The position numbers were made by a program, and so were the translations under genes. A DNA stretch of 63,951 nt, filler included, from Craspedostauros australis (lineage: Eukaryota): NCBI GenBank assembly GCA_030167865.1. It is 14 parts of 14 records of this genome, joined end to end, with 100 filler letters (N's around TTAATTAATTAA, not from the genome) between each part and the next. Parts side by side here need not be neighbours in the genome. Positions count along the whole stretch, not along the records: positions 47,893 to 53,232 come from JALAGF010004086.1; positions 53,333 to 55,213 come from JALAGF010004087.1; positions 55,314 to 57,139 come from JALAGF010004088.1; positions 57,240 to 62,393 come from JALAGF010004091.1; 10 more parts are not named here. One strand, 5' to 3'. The notes under the pieces were generated by a model. The model was given only the letters and a program-made list of their open reading frames with translations. It did not search any database and was not told the DNA's origin. Position 1 is the first letter of the stretch. Each line of letters opens with the position of its first letter. This document shows positions 49,682-60,553 of this stretch, in pieces.

Positions 49682-51925
49682 GTCTGACAGAAGTGGCTGC
49701 TGTTATGGTTGCTGTTATGGTTGCTGTTATGGCTGCTGTTATGGCTGCTGATGATGATCCATCGTGTTGGTGGTGTCGGTCCTCCCTTCCTCTTGCACAA
49801 ACGATCGCACAGTTCAGCAAGGAGGAAATTCATCAACCAGCCCTTTTGAAGTGCTGATTTGCATCAACCAGCCTGTGTTGTGTTTCTTAGCGAATCAAAA
49901 CGTCCAAATGTCCATGCGACCAAACCCGGATGCGTGTGAAACCGTTGAATTGGCGTTACGTTGTGAACACGCGCACCAATCATGAACGACACGACAGTGA
50001 AGCAGTTGCACAGGAGGGGAAGGGAAAACGACGTTTTTTAAAGTGCAACGAATCAAAACGAAAGTAAAAAAGGGATGCGGGCCACCAAATGGCGAAACAT
50101 TCTTGCGTATTTTCAAAAACAACTTGTGGCTTTTTTGCTCAATATCCCCAATGACGTTTTGCTTGCGTGGGGACGCAAATGGGAGGTCGCCGAAAATGCC
50201 ACTTGTACTAAAGTCCCATGTTCTTCCACGATGTCCCGTGTTGCGAAAAAAACGTGATTTCCCTCCAAAAAAACCTGAAAATGAGTTTGTTTGAGTGCTT
50301 GACTCCTTCGAGCAACGCATTTATTGGCGATTTCCGAAGAAAAAATAACACGACGTAGTGCGGCGTCATTGGTCATGTCTCAGGGGTTCCTTTCCGTGCG
50401 CCTGTCTTGCTTGCTCGACGTCATGGGATCTGGGGTAATGAGCGTTTACTTTTTATTTCGATGTCATCCACTGACATCCTGGCAACGGTGTAACACAACA
50501 AGGAGGGTGGCGCACGAAGCATTAATATTGTGTGTTCAATTCCCGCAACCGCAGCGATTATTATATATTTAAGAGATGAGTCATGTCGTGAGTCGAGATG
50601 GCCAGCGCGAGAGGATTTGAAAAAACGGCTTCGCGTAAAGCGTATTTGACCTAGTCCGTTGAGTCGTCGCTTGCGTGCGGACGCAAGCCACGTAGGCCAG
50701 TGCCAGGCCAAACTCATGAGGGATATCGTGTTGCGCACGGACTGCATCTTGTTGCTTTTTGGCTTTTTTATTCTGGTCCACAGATCCTTCGCCTCTCCAT
50801 GCGATTCCACACATTCGACAGCCACAGAGCCCCTCTCTTCGAATGGGGGTTGCGGATGTTGTTGCAACTCTCTTGCCAGTTGACTTGTTGCATTCCATCA
50901 GCAGGATTCGTCTAGTTATGACAAACAAACGTTGCACATTCTGACTCCACTATTTATGATATTCTTGTTTGCCTTGCTGAGGTGGTAAACTTGCATCACC
51001 ATGGCGTTGTCGTGCTGACCACCAACGGGTCCTCATCCCAGTAGTAGTTACCTTTCTTAGTTCTTTCTCTTGGTCATCATGCTGGTGCTGTGATTGTTGG
51101 TCTCCTATCGTTTCTATCAGTACAAACCGTATAGTGCTAAGTACGTTACTCCCATAGCCCCCACTATCTATCCCTTCATGACCCAGAGATAAGTACACTA
51201 TTATATTGTTTATCTTGACACCGTGTTAATTTTTTAACGTGTTTGTCCTACCACGGCCTACGCAAACACTAAATCGGTACCTTCGTTTACTAGTGGTATC
51301 GTTGGGAACCACTGAATTTTTGTTTCACCATACTTCATCATCTTCCACAGTAGATACCCCGATTTTCTTTTCAGATCTGGAATCCGCATAAGCTGCAGAT
51401 CTGTTTTAACCTCTTTGAAGTGTTTCTTTCTAGGCCAGTATTTTTATTTGTGGCCTTCAAGTTGCAGCACTATCGGCAACGCTGTTGCGTTCCGTCCTCG
51501 TCGACTATCTGCCTGTGGTCTTCATACATGCTCATGAACCTTTCCTCACTCAACACTGGTTGAGTGCTGCTCATCTTTCTGTTCGTTCTTGGAGATGATA
51601 GCCTCTGGAAGGGGACAGCAATGTATGTCGCCCACAATCCGCGTGTCACTGAGCAATTTCACTCCAGTCCCGCAGTCTAGAGTTAATTCACGAGTACTTC
51701 AGGCTCGATTAGCGATAAGATGGCAGTAAGAAACATAAAACTTAAAAATAATCATAGGAAAGCTGTACTCAAGAGCTTTCGAACTATGCAAAGAAAATGG
51801 TATTGTACATGTAGATGTTGTCATCAAAATTTAACATAACTGAAACTGAAAACGTTAAACGATATATTATATTGTTTAGGTCATGAAGGGATAAATTTCA
51901 CTTGTGTTTGGTTCAGCAATCGCAT

Positions 51926-51995
51926 TGCCTGTAGCTCAACGGTAGAGCACCAGTAATTCTCACTGAGGTTCCAGGTTTGAATCCTGGCATGGTAC
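51926..51995 (+). pseudogene. tRNA-like relic (tRNA pseudogene or SINE head)
   Basis: A-box/D-arm TAGCTCAACGGTAGAGC. Stem CAGT/ACTG around the 7-nt loop AATTCTC. T-arm CCAGG-TTTGAAT-CCTGG. Imperfect acceptor stem TGCCTG/CATGGTA. T5 run at 52001-52005. Confidence 0.7.
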
Positions 51996-52120
51996 TTTGC
52001 TTTTTCTCTCCCCTTGTGATTTTTACAATAGTGCTCAAATAGTTTCTTCTGCCATAGTGGGATTATTCGTGGTTGCGTCCGCTGCTGTTGTTGGTGCTGT
52101 TGCGACCTGCGGCGGCTGTT

Positions 52121-52930
52121 TGTTGGCAAGTTCCGTGATTGGAAGCCTGCGATTGTGGATGACGGTGTTGGTTGATAGTTGTTCGTTTGCTATTTCATTA
52201 CTTGGCTACTCCGATCCTCTCAGTGTACGCCCGTTCTCTTGCCCGATGCTCTTGGCGCGTTTGTCTGTTTTGTAGATTCAGTCTCTGACTATGAGTCTGT
52301 GTGCGAGATGCTCTCTTGCTGCTCTTTGTATTCTCTCTCTCTGTCTCAGCATCGTGTACTTCGTGTTACACCATACTCCGTGTTTGATGCGTACTCCGCA
52401 TTTGATACTCCATTTGTTCACTACTGGTTCCTACTCCATGAGTACTTATCATTTGAACTTCACCTCTCGTATCCATGATCCTGATGTCCTTTGGTCATCA
52501 GATCTTCACCTCCTGCTCTGACTTGTAGACAGATGTCAACATGGTGACACGATGACATCCTGTCAATGTCAGTAGGCATCCTTCTGCTCTCCAGATGTCA
52601 CGTTCCATTGGTGATGCGATGGTCTGTCAGATGATATCGTCATCTCAGGTTTAGTTGGGAAGTACCTCAAGATTCGCTTGGGTACCATACGTTTCCATTG
52701 ATGGATGGACGGACGATGTTTCTAATTCTCTCAGAAATCGTCGATTGCAAATTTCCTCCAGAAATTCTGCTCATTTTCATGTGTTCCATTTCCGCTGTAA
52801 TTCTGACGAATCGCAGCATACTATTGACACGAATGTAGTTGTACCGTCCAAGTGCGTATGAGAGAATAACAGGTGAACGATGCACATATACATGTACATC
52901 TCGACATATACTCACATGTACATCTCGACA
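52121..52930 (-). mobile_element. 3' LTR of a Ty1/copia retrotransposon (810 bp)
   Basis: On the minus strand it starts TGTCGAGATG immediately after the polypurine tract AGGAAGGG (52931-52938) and ends ...GCCAACA. The boundaries match the solo LTR at 3600-4409. Confidence 0.9.
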
Positions 52931-52950
52931 CCCTTCCTGTGTGCATTCAG

Positions 52951-53232
52951 TCATTCGAATGTTCTCGATGTGTCAAGATACGACTTCTCATGTTCTCGTT
53001 GTACGTCGGCCTTGATGTTCTTGGTGAATCCGTCGCTTGTGTTCTTCTCGGATTTGACAAAAATGATTTCGATGGTTTTGTTGATTACCATGTTCCTCAC
53101 GTAGTGATGGCGCACGTCGATATGCCGCGATTGTTGGGATGTTGATGAGTTCTTGGCGATGAAGATCGCTCCGATGTTGTCCACGCGGACCTTGATCGGT
53201 GTCTTCACTGGGACGCCCACACTTTCGAGTAG
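52951..53232 (-). CDS. C-terminus of Ty1/copia Pol (RNase H), truncated by the contig end
   Basis: VDNIGAIFIAKN...SRHIDVRHHYVR...SEKNTSDGFTK, the copia RNase H signature. Confidence 0.93.
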   Translation of the reverse strand, partial: LLESVGVPVKTPIKVRVDNIGAIFIAKNSSTSQQSRHIDVRHHYVRNMVINKTIEIIFVKSEKNTSDGFTKNIKADVQREHEKSYLDTSRTFE

Positions 53233-53332
53233 NNNNNNNNNNNNNNNNNNNNNNNNNNNNNNNNNNNNNNNNNNNNTTAATTAATTAANNNNNNNNNNNN
53301 NNNNNNNNNNNNNNNNNNNNNNNNNNNNNNNN

Positions 53333-54676
53333 AACGCGGATGGCCGTGGAGGCACGACGAACATTCGCACAATCGAGCGCGCGAGCGATAGAGATGCATG
53401 GGGGACAGTCACAGATGTGATCGGCAGCATCAGACACTTCCTCATGAAGCCCAACCGCGGCATCACGCCGCAACGCGAAAGATTGAATGAATACCAGTTT
53501 CAAAACATCATTCCCGTGTCTCCCAACGAATCGATGGCAGGTTTCGAGCTGTGCAAACACCACAACCACGTGCTGCGTCGTTACACCAAGAACAAGATCG
53601 ATCATGACGGAAGCAATGCCAAGCCCTTCTCTGCGATGTTCCTCTTCGACCAGAGTGGTGTGCAAGAAAGCGCGAGCACCGCGGCGGGAGACGATGATGA
53701 GCGCGCGCACGTTACGATGCCATCGAAAGATTGCGAGACGGTGCAGGAATTCGTCACATCCATCCGAGACGGTCACAGGGTTTGGCCAGATGCGGAGACG
53801 GCCAACAATGCCGACTTCCCATCTTGGTTCGTCCCATTTGGATGTCGTACAGACATGTCGCTATCAACGGAAGACGTGATGGAGATGCTGGGTCAATTTT
53901 CAAATATTTTCTGGCTGGGAGATTCCATTTCGCGGCAATCCTACATCGGGTTCCGCATGCTGCTTTCTCAGGATTTCATCTCGGGTGGCAAGCACCTTCT
54001 CAGGAACGCATCCGGAAACAACAGGGGCATAGATCCATCCGCTATCTGCCAGTGCGATGGTCTCTTCAGCGAGCACGACGTCTGCCGAGCGTACGAGGAA
54101 ACATGGAGATATTTCAATGTCACGTCCATTGATCACCAAGGCGATTCGTTGACGACCGCCCTCGCCTACGAGGAGGTGCGTGAAACTAAAATGATGGCAG
54201 AGTACGCGGAGTCGGGTTTCAAGGATATCCAATGTGGCGAGGACAAACGGCCAGTCCTCGTGATAGTGCAGGGAGGGCTGCATATGAAGGTGGAGCCAGT
54301 TCCCACCCTCGAATTGTTCCACTCCATTTGGCACCATCCCAAACTGCGCGAATGCGAAGACAACGGCACTCCTATCGTTTTCATATGGATGGGCCTTGGC
54401 GCACAGCACAAATCTCTCGATCCGAGATTCCCACACCAAGCCTGGGAGCCCAAGGTGCGCTTCAACAGAAAGATCGACTCCGCTCTACGATCGAACAACT
54501 CCGGCATTCCCAGCAACGTCATCTTCATGGACATCCTGAACATGACGAAAAACGCGGAGACGTCGGACGGTGTGCACGCCGTCATCGACGTGAACTACAT
54601 GCAGGCGGTGTACTCGTTGCGCATAGCAGACGCAGTCGTTCGAGAGCAGAGCTTCGCCAGGCTGCCACGTGACTGA
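53333..54676 (+). CDS. SGNH/TBL-like protein, 5'-partial re-representation of the shared core
   Basis: 53333-54860 is the reverse complement of the 1528-bp core 45686-47213. Confidence 0.75.
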   Translation, partial: NADGRGGTTNIRTIERASDRDAWGTVTDVIGSIRHFLMKPNRGITPQRERLNEYQFQNIIPVSPNESMAGFELCKHHNHVLRRYTKNKIDHDGSNAKPFSAMFLFDQSGVQESASTAAGDDDERAHVTMPSKDCETVQEFVTSIRDGHRVWPDAETANNADFPSWFVPFGCRTDMSLSTEDVMEMLGQFSNIFWLGDSISRQSYIGFRMLLSQDFISGGKHLLRNASGNNRGIDPSAICQCDGLFSEHDVCRAYEETWRYFNVTSIDHQGDSLTTALAYEEVRETKMMAEYAESGFKDIQCGEDKRPVLVIVQGGLHMKVEPVPTLELFHSIWHHPKLRECEDNGTPIVFIWMGLGAQHKSLDPRFPHQAWEPKVRFNRKIDSALRSNNSGIPSNVIFMDILNMTKNAETSDGVHAVIDVNYMQAVYSLRIADAVVREQSFARLPRD

Positions 54677-55313
54677 AGCAAATGAAACCAATCAATGATG
54701 GCGATACGCCCAATAATCGCAGGCAAGTGAGGAATTCCGAGCAGTTGCCAGTTCCCTTCTATCTATTTATCTATCTCTGCAGACTGTCAGAAGAAACAAG
54801 CGCAGATTAGTTGCAAGTCCTCGTATGGTACAGACGAGCAGTACTCATCGCTCGTATGCCNAGTATTGGNATGTGGTACGAATNNTNTACTATGCTGTAC
54901 GATGCNATGGTGTGCTCCACTGCACAGCCTCTANGATATGAACTATAATGCNTAGCNGGCCACTTGAGTACTGNAGAGGATNTCCNCATCTTCTCGGACA
55001 TTTTATCGTCGTAGATGAATGATGCCCGACAGGCCGACGTTCCTCTTTTTTGCCTCAGCGGATTCGACGCTGGTTGCCGACGAGCGCGCGGGAGACGAGC
55101 AGATAAGTGTTGAATTCTGTTGCTTTGAATGATATCCACGGTGATTTTTCGTCGCGATAATGGACCCAAGATGCGTCAGGACGCAAATTTCGAGACAATT
55201 TTCGATCTTTTGCNNNNNNNNNNNNNNNNNNNNNNNNNNNNNNNNNNNNNNNNNNNNTTAATTAATTAANNNNNNNNNNNNNNNNNNNNNNNNNNNNNNN
55301 NNNNNNNNNNNNN

Positions 55314-56657
55314 AACGCGGATGGCCGTGGAGGCACGACGAACATTCGCACAATCGAGCGCGCGAGCGATAGAGATGCATGGGGGACAGTCACAGATGTG
55401 ATCGGCAGCATCAGACACTTCCTCATGAAGCCCAACCGCGGCATCACGCCGCAACGCGAAAGATTGAATGAATACCAGTTTCAAAACATCATTCCCGTGT
55501 CTCCCAACGAATCGATGGCAGGTTTCGAGCTGTGCAAACACCACAACCACGTGCTGCGTCGTTACACCAAGAACAAGATCGATCATGACGGAAGCAATGC
55601 CAAGCCCTTCTCTGCGATGTTCCTCTTCGACCAGAGTGGTGTGCAAGAAAGCGCGAGCACCGCGGCGGGAGACGATGATGAGCGCGCGCACGTTACGATG
55701 CCATCGAAAGATTGCGAGACGGTGCAGGAATTCGTCACATCCATCCGAGACGGTCACAGGGTTTGGCCAGATGCGGAGACGGCCAACAATGCCGACTTCC
55801 CATCTTGGTTCGTCCCATTTGGATGTCGTACAGACATGTCGCTATCAACGGAAGACGTGATGGAGATGCTGGGTCAATTTTCAAATATTTTCTGGCTGGG
55901 AGATTCCATTTCGCGGCAATCCTACATCGGGTTCCGCATGCTGCTTTCTCAGGATTTCATCTCGGGTGGCAAGCACCTTCTCAGGAACGCATCCGGAAAC
56001 AACAGGGGCATAGATCCATCCGCTATCTGCCAGTGCGATGGTCTCTTCAGCGAGCACGACGTCTGCCGAGCGTACGAGGAAACATGGAGATATTTCAATG
56101 TCACGTCCATTGATCACCAAGGCGATTCGTTGACGACCGCCCTCGCCTACGAGGAGGTGCGTGAAACTAAAATGATGGCAGAGTACGCGGAGTCGGGTTT
56201 CAAGGATATCCAATGTGGCGAGGACAAACGGCCAGTCCTCGTGATAGTGCAGGGAGGGCTGCATATGAAGGTGGAGCCAGTTCCCACCCTCGAATTGTTC
56301 CACTCCATTTGGCACCATCCCAAACTGCGCGAATGCGAAGACAACGGCACTCCTATCGTTTTCATATGGATGGGCCTTGGCGCACAGCACAAATCTCTCG
56401 ATCCGAGATTCCCACACCAAGCCTGGGAGCCCAAGGTGCGCTTCAACAGAAAGATCGACTCCGCTCTACGATCGAACAACTCCGGCATTCCCAGCAACGT
56501 CATCTTCATGGACATCCTGAACATGACGAAAAACGCGGAGACGTCGGACGGTGTGCACGCCGTCATCGACGTGAACTACATGCAGGCGGTGTACTCGTTG
56601 CGCATAGCAGACGCAGTCGTTCGAGAGCAGAGCTTCGCCAGGCTGCCACGTGACTGA
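55314..56657 (+). CDS. SGNH/TBL-like protein, 5'-partial re-representation of the shared core
   Basis: 55314-56841 repeats the same 1528-bp core. Its downstream flank differs from the previous contig near the end. Confidence 0.75.
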   Translation, partial: NADGRGGTTNIRTIERASDRDAWGTVTDVIGSIRHFLMKPNRGITPQRERLNEYQFQNIIPVSPNESMAGFELCKHHNHVLRRYTKNKIDHDGSNAKPFSAMFLFDQSGVQESASTAAGDDDERAHVTMPSKDCETVQEFVTSIRDGHRVWPDAETANNADFPSWFVPFGCRTDMSLSTEDVMEMLGQFSNIFWLGDSISRQSYIGFRMLLSQDFISGGKHLLRNASGNNRGIDPSAICQCDGLFSEHDVCRAYEETWRYFNVTSIDHQGDSLTTALAYEEVRETKMMAEYAESGFKDIQCGEDKRPVLVIVQGGLHMKVEPVPTLELFHSIWHHPKLRECEDNGTPIVFIWMGLGAQHKSLDPRFPHQAWEPKVRFNRKIDSALRSNNSGIPSNVIFMDILNMTKNAETSDGVHAVIDVNYMQAVYSLRIADAVVREQSFARLPRD

Positions 56658-57259
56658 AGCAAATGAAACCAATCAATGATGGCGATACGCCCAATAATCG
56701 CAGGCAAGTGAGGAATTCCGAGCAGTTGCCAGTTCCCTTCTATCTATTTATCTATCTCTGCAGACTGTCAGAAGAAACAAGCGCAGATTAGTTGCAAGTC
56801 CTCGTATGGTACAGACGAGCAGTACTCATCGCTCGTATGCCGAGTATTGGGATGTGGTACGAATCGTTTACTATGCTGTACGATGCCATGGTGTGCTCCA
56901 CTGCACAGCCTCTACGATATGAACTATTGCATAGCCGGCCACTTGAGTACTGCAGAGGATTTCCGCATCTTCTCGGACATTTTATCGTCGTAGATGAATG
57001 ATGCCCGACAGGCCGACGTTTCTCCTTTTTGCCTCAGCGGATTCGACGCTAGTTGCCGACGAGCGCGCGGGAGACGAGCAGATAAGTGTTGAATTCTGTT
57101 GCTTTGAATGATATTCCATGGCGCACAAATTCAATGCTANNNNNNNNNNNNNNNNNNNNNNNNNNNNNNNNNNNNNNNNNNNNTTAATTAATTAANNNNN
57201 NNNNNNNNNNNNNNNNNNNNNNNNNNNNNNNNNNNNNNNACAACGCCAGCCCATCAGCC

Positions 57260-58468
57260 ATGTTGCCACCTCCACAGCCGTCACAACATTCCGTGGAGGC
57301 GGATCGTTTGATGAGAGAGCTGTCAAATATGGATATGGAGCCGACGCCGCTTGCCCCAGCTCACAAGCTCAACATCGTCAACAACGTGACCCTGCCTCGC
57401 TTTCAGCAGAACTTTTGGCATTCCAATCCGCACGCCAGGCTGGATCTGCGAGGCTTCGTGGACTTCGTTGGTCCTGCTCCATCTCACGATGCTCCTTCGT
57501 ATCCAACGCAACCACCTCAACGTCACCAATGCCATCACGCCGATACCGGCAACGCCGTGGAAACGAAGCTGCCTCCATCGTTATCGGCGGCCGCACCAAA
57601 ACTATTCGACCCTGCTGCATCGGCCAGCGTCCCTACGGAGATACCGTCACTGATGCGAGCGTCAGATGATAGTCAGGAGGAGGAAGAAGATAGGAAACCA
57701 GCCGCATCCACAGCACAACCACAGACACAGGCACTAGGGCAACCAAACGGCACGATCAAACCCAGCAGACGGACGGAGATGGAGCTGCAGTCACCCTCCC
57801 AGTCCAGATTCGGCATGGTGCAGCTCCGCAAGTGGGACAACAAGTACAAGGAGCTGCAGCAGTTCGCGCAGGTACACGGGCATGCCGTCGTTCCGCTGGA
57901 GTACAAGATCAACCCCACCCTGGCCCATTGGGTCAAGAGGCAACGAGCACAGTACAAGAAGCTCGTGGCGGGGAAGGGGTCATCAATGACCAACGAGCGC
58001 GTCCTCTTGTTGGAGAGGATCGGGTTCGTGTGGGATTCGCACCGCGCCAGCTGGGACGGCAGATGGCACGAGCTCCAGGAGTTCCAGAGACTGCATGGGC
58101 ATTCGAACGTGCCGTGCAGCCACCCAGCCAATCAGGCACTGTCCATCTGGGTGAAATGCCAGCGTCGTCAGTTTCGGCTGTACCAGCAGGGACGCAGATC
58201 GAACATGACGGAGGAGCGCGTGGGAAGACTGGAGTCGTTGGGCTTTGTCTTCTCTCCAAGACAGCTAGGCGGGGATGAAAATGCCGATACCAACGCCAAT
58301 GATGACGACGGTAACAACGATAACAACAGCGTCAGCAACAGCAACGTCAGGGTCAACAGCCCTCGCGCTGTCAGTGGCAGCAACAAAGAGAGCAACAACA
58401 TGAACAGAAGAGATGAAGACGACAGAAACGCTGGTGGCAACGTTGACTTTGACTACTTCGCTGTTTGA
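57260..58468 (+). CDS. Protein with two helicase-associated (HA) domains and no helicase core; possibly 5'-partial
   Basis: WDNKYKELQQFAQVHGHAVVP...LAHWVKRQR...ERVLLLERIGFVWD and WDGRWHELQEFQRLHGHSNVP...LSIWVKCQR...ERVGRLESLGFVF. Confidence 0.88.
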   Translation: MLPPPQPSQHSVEADRLMRELSNMDMEPTPLAPAHKLNIVNNVTLPRFQQNFWHSNPHARLDLRGFVDFVGPAPSHDAPSYPTQPPQRHQCHHADTGNAVETKLPPSLSAAAPKLFDPAASASVPTEIPSLMRASDDSQEEEEDRKPAASTAQPQTQALGQPNGTIKPSRRTEMELQSPSQSRFGMVQLRKWDNKYKELQQFAQVHGHAVVPLEYKINPTLAHWVKRQRAQYKKLVAGKGSSMTNERVLLLERIGFVWDSHRASWDGRWHELQEFQRLHGHSNVPCSHPANQALSIWVKCQRRQFRLYQQGRRSNMTEERVGRLESLGFVFSPRQLGGDENADTNANDDDGNNDNNSVSNSNVRVNSPRAVSGSNKESNNMNRRDEDDRNAGGNVDFDYFAV

Positions 58469-60553
58469 GCGTCGCCTTTTCATTCAGTTTGGGGTCATAC
58501 TCGCGCTGAATGTGAATAGATGGAGATCGACCATCACATGAAGACAGGGTGTATCGCGAGATCAAATGGAACCCTGACAGCAGTTTTGCATTCATCGATA
58601 GCTTCTGCCCTATTATATTATACTATACAATAATCCTTTTACCTCCACTTCCCTACACATGTACACGATAGGACAAACTCAAGGGGGTCTTTCAGATTGC
58701 ATACCTGTATTCTCTGTCAGTCTCTGCCAGTCTCTCTCTCTCTCTCTCTGGAGAGAACAACTGAGGAATGTCCAAATAGATCAAACCAGAGCACTCTGCT
58801 CCTCTCTCTCTCTTTCTCTGACAATAGGCCTCAACCCATCCGGGCGAAGTTCAATCCTCTCTCTCTCTCCAGAGAGCAATCATCCGTATTTTGATCCATC
58901 ACCTCTTCTACACTCCTGACATGACAGTGCCAGTACTCGGTCTCCTCCTCTTCTCCTGTGACTCTACCAATACGTCGTCATAGCTACTCATACTACTCTA
59001 TAAAAGAATCGGTCACAGCGTGCCATGCCTGCGTGTTCCACAAGATTGAGCTAAATGCCAATACTCCAATAGTTCCTTCCCCCAAGGCTCGACCGCATTC
59101 CATGCGAGTTGGACTGGAGGTCACCTAACCACAGAACCCCAAGGGTCGCAAAGATTCTGAAAGAGGTCCATTCTGCACTCGACAGCGCCATGCGGCGACT
59201 CCCGGCTTGCGACTTCCTGTCGTGTGGCGAAGTCAGTGAGTTCTCCAACTTGCACAGACGAGAGCATGATAGCGCATGGACCACAGCGAAGCCGAACCGA
59301 AAAGCGGTACTGGTTGCGCACATGCGAGAACACATTGTATACTACTAGTTGTAATTCTGTCATCTTCATGTTCTTCGTCTGCTACCTGAAGTCGTTTTTT
59401 GGCACCATGGGCAGTAAAAAGATGGTTTTTGCAAACAATTCAATGATGTGGTAACAGTCCATTCTCTGCCTTGTGTGAGATGTTGCCCAACCCTTGCCGT
59501 CAACGAATGAGGCGCATTCGCGGCACATAACCGAATTACTGGGACGACGTTTCGACGAAGCCGATTGGCATCATGTTGTGATCTTTGTTGCGAATGCGAC
59601 GCTTCTGCACAGGGAATCAAGCGATTGTTAGCGCGCTGTGTGCTTTGCGTCAGGTGTGTTCCTACGCTGCGAGACTCCTGTCCGCAGAGAGACGTCTTCT
59701 GCAGAGCGCCAATACTTCTGTTGCTGACCAAGGAGGCACATTTGGTTCCATTCATGCACTCCACAAATTCACAATGGACATAAAACCCTTCATCCCTGCG
59801 AGCATGGAACACACGACGGCGGTCCGAATGGTCTCTTTCTGGACAGAACTGTTTGTGGGTTGTTGGGCAATTGTGTGGAAGGCAGGAAAAAGAGGGTAAC
59901 GGACTATCTCGAATCATCCGCAACTCAGCTCGCGAATCTCCAGACCCTCCACAGTGTCCTCCTCGGTCGTACGTACCCATCATCACCACCAACAACTCTC
60001 TACTGCGTGTAGCGACACTACCTTCTGGTACACTTACGAGCTGCTCGGTGCCAGACCGACACAGAGAGAGGGTGCGTGCGTGTGTACCATGCCATGCTCC
60101 GCCAATGAAGTAGAATAGCATCAACACGAGCGGCAGCAACGACGAGACGATGTCGCCCACGTGCACAAAAGCTCACAAACTTGCATCTCTCGCAACTCAA
60201 ACACAGACAGACACAGACAGAAAGCACGAAACAGCAATCAAGTAAGTGCAATGCTCGCTTCGATGCCTTGGATGCTCAGCACATCACTATGCCTCCCTCA
60301 TGGGCTCTCTGGTGATGTGCTGAGCGTCTTCGAACCACTGCGGTGACGATAGAACGTGCCAATGACTGGATCTGCGAGCACTCCTCTGATTCTAACATCG
60401 CTTTTATCGGCATTTGCAAATGTCCAATGCTTGCTCCCTTTCTCCCATTCCATGTCCACCGCAATGGCTTGCACCTTGGCCGCAGGTCCGACATCAACCA
60501 GATCTCTACCGTATAGTGTACCATTCAAACAGCAACAAAGAGCAAGATCGAGA

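Noticed and set aside
45686..56841. Four-copy tandem/inverted amplification of the SGNH gene
   Set aside because: Copies share exact endpoints at contig edges, so assembly redundancy is the simpler explanation.
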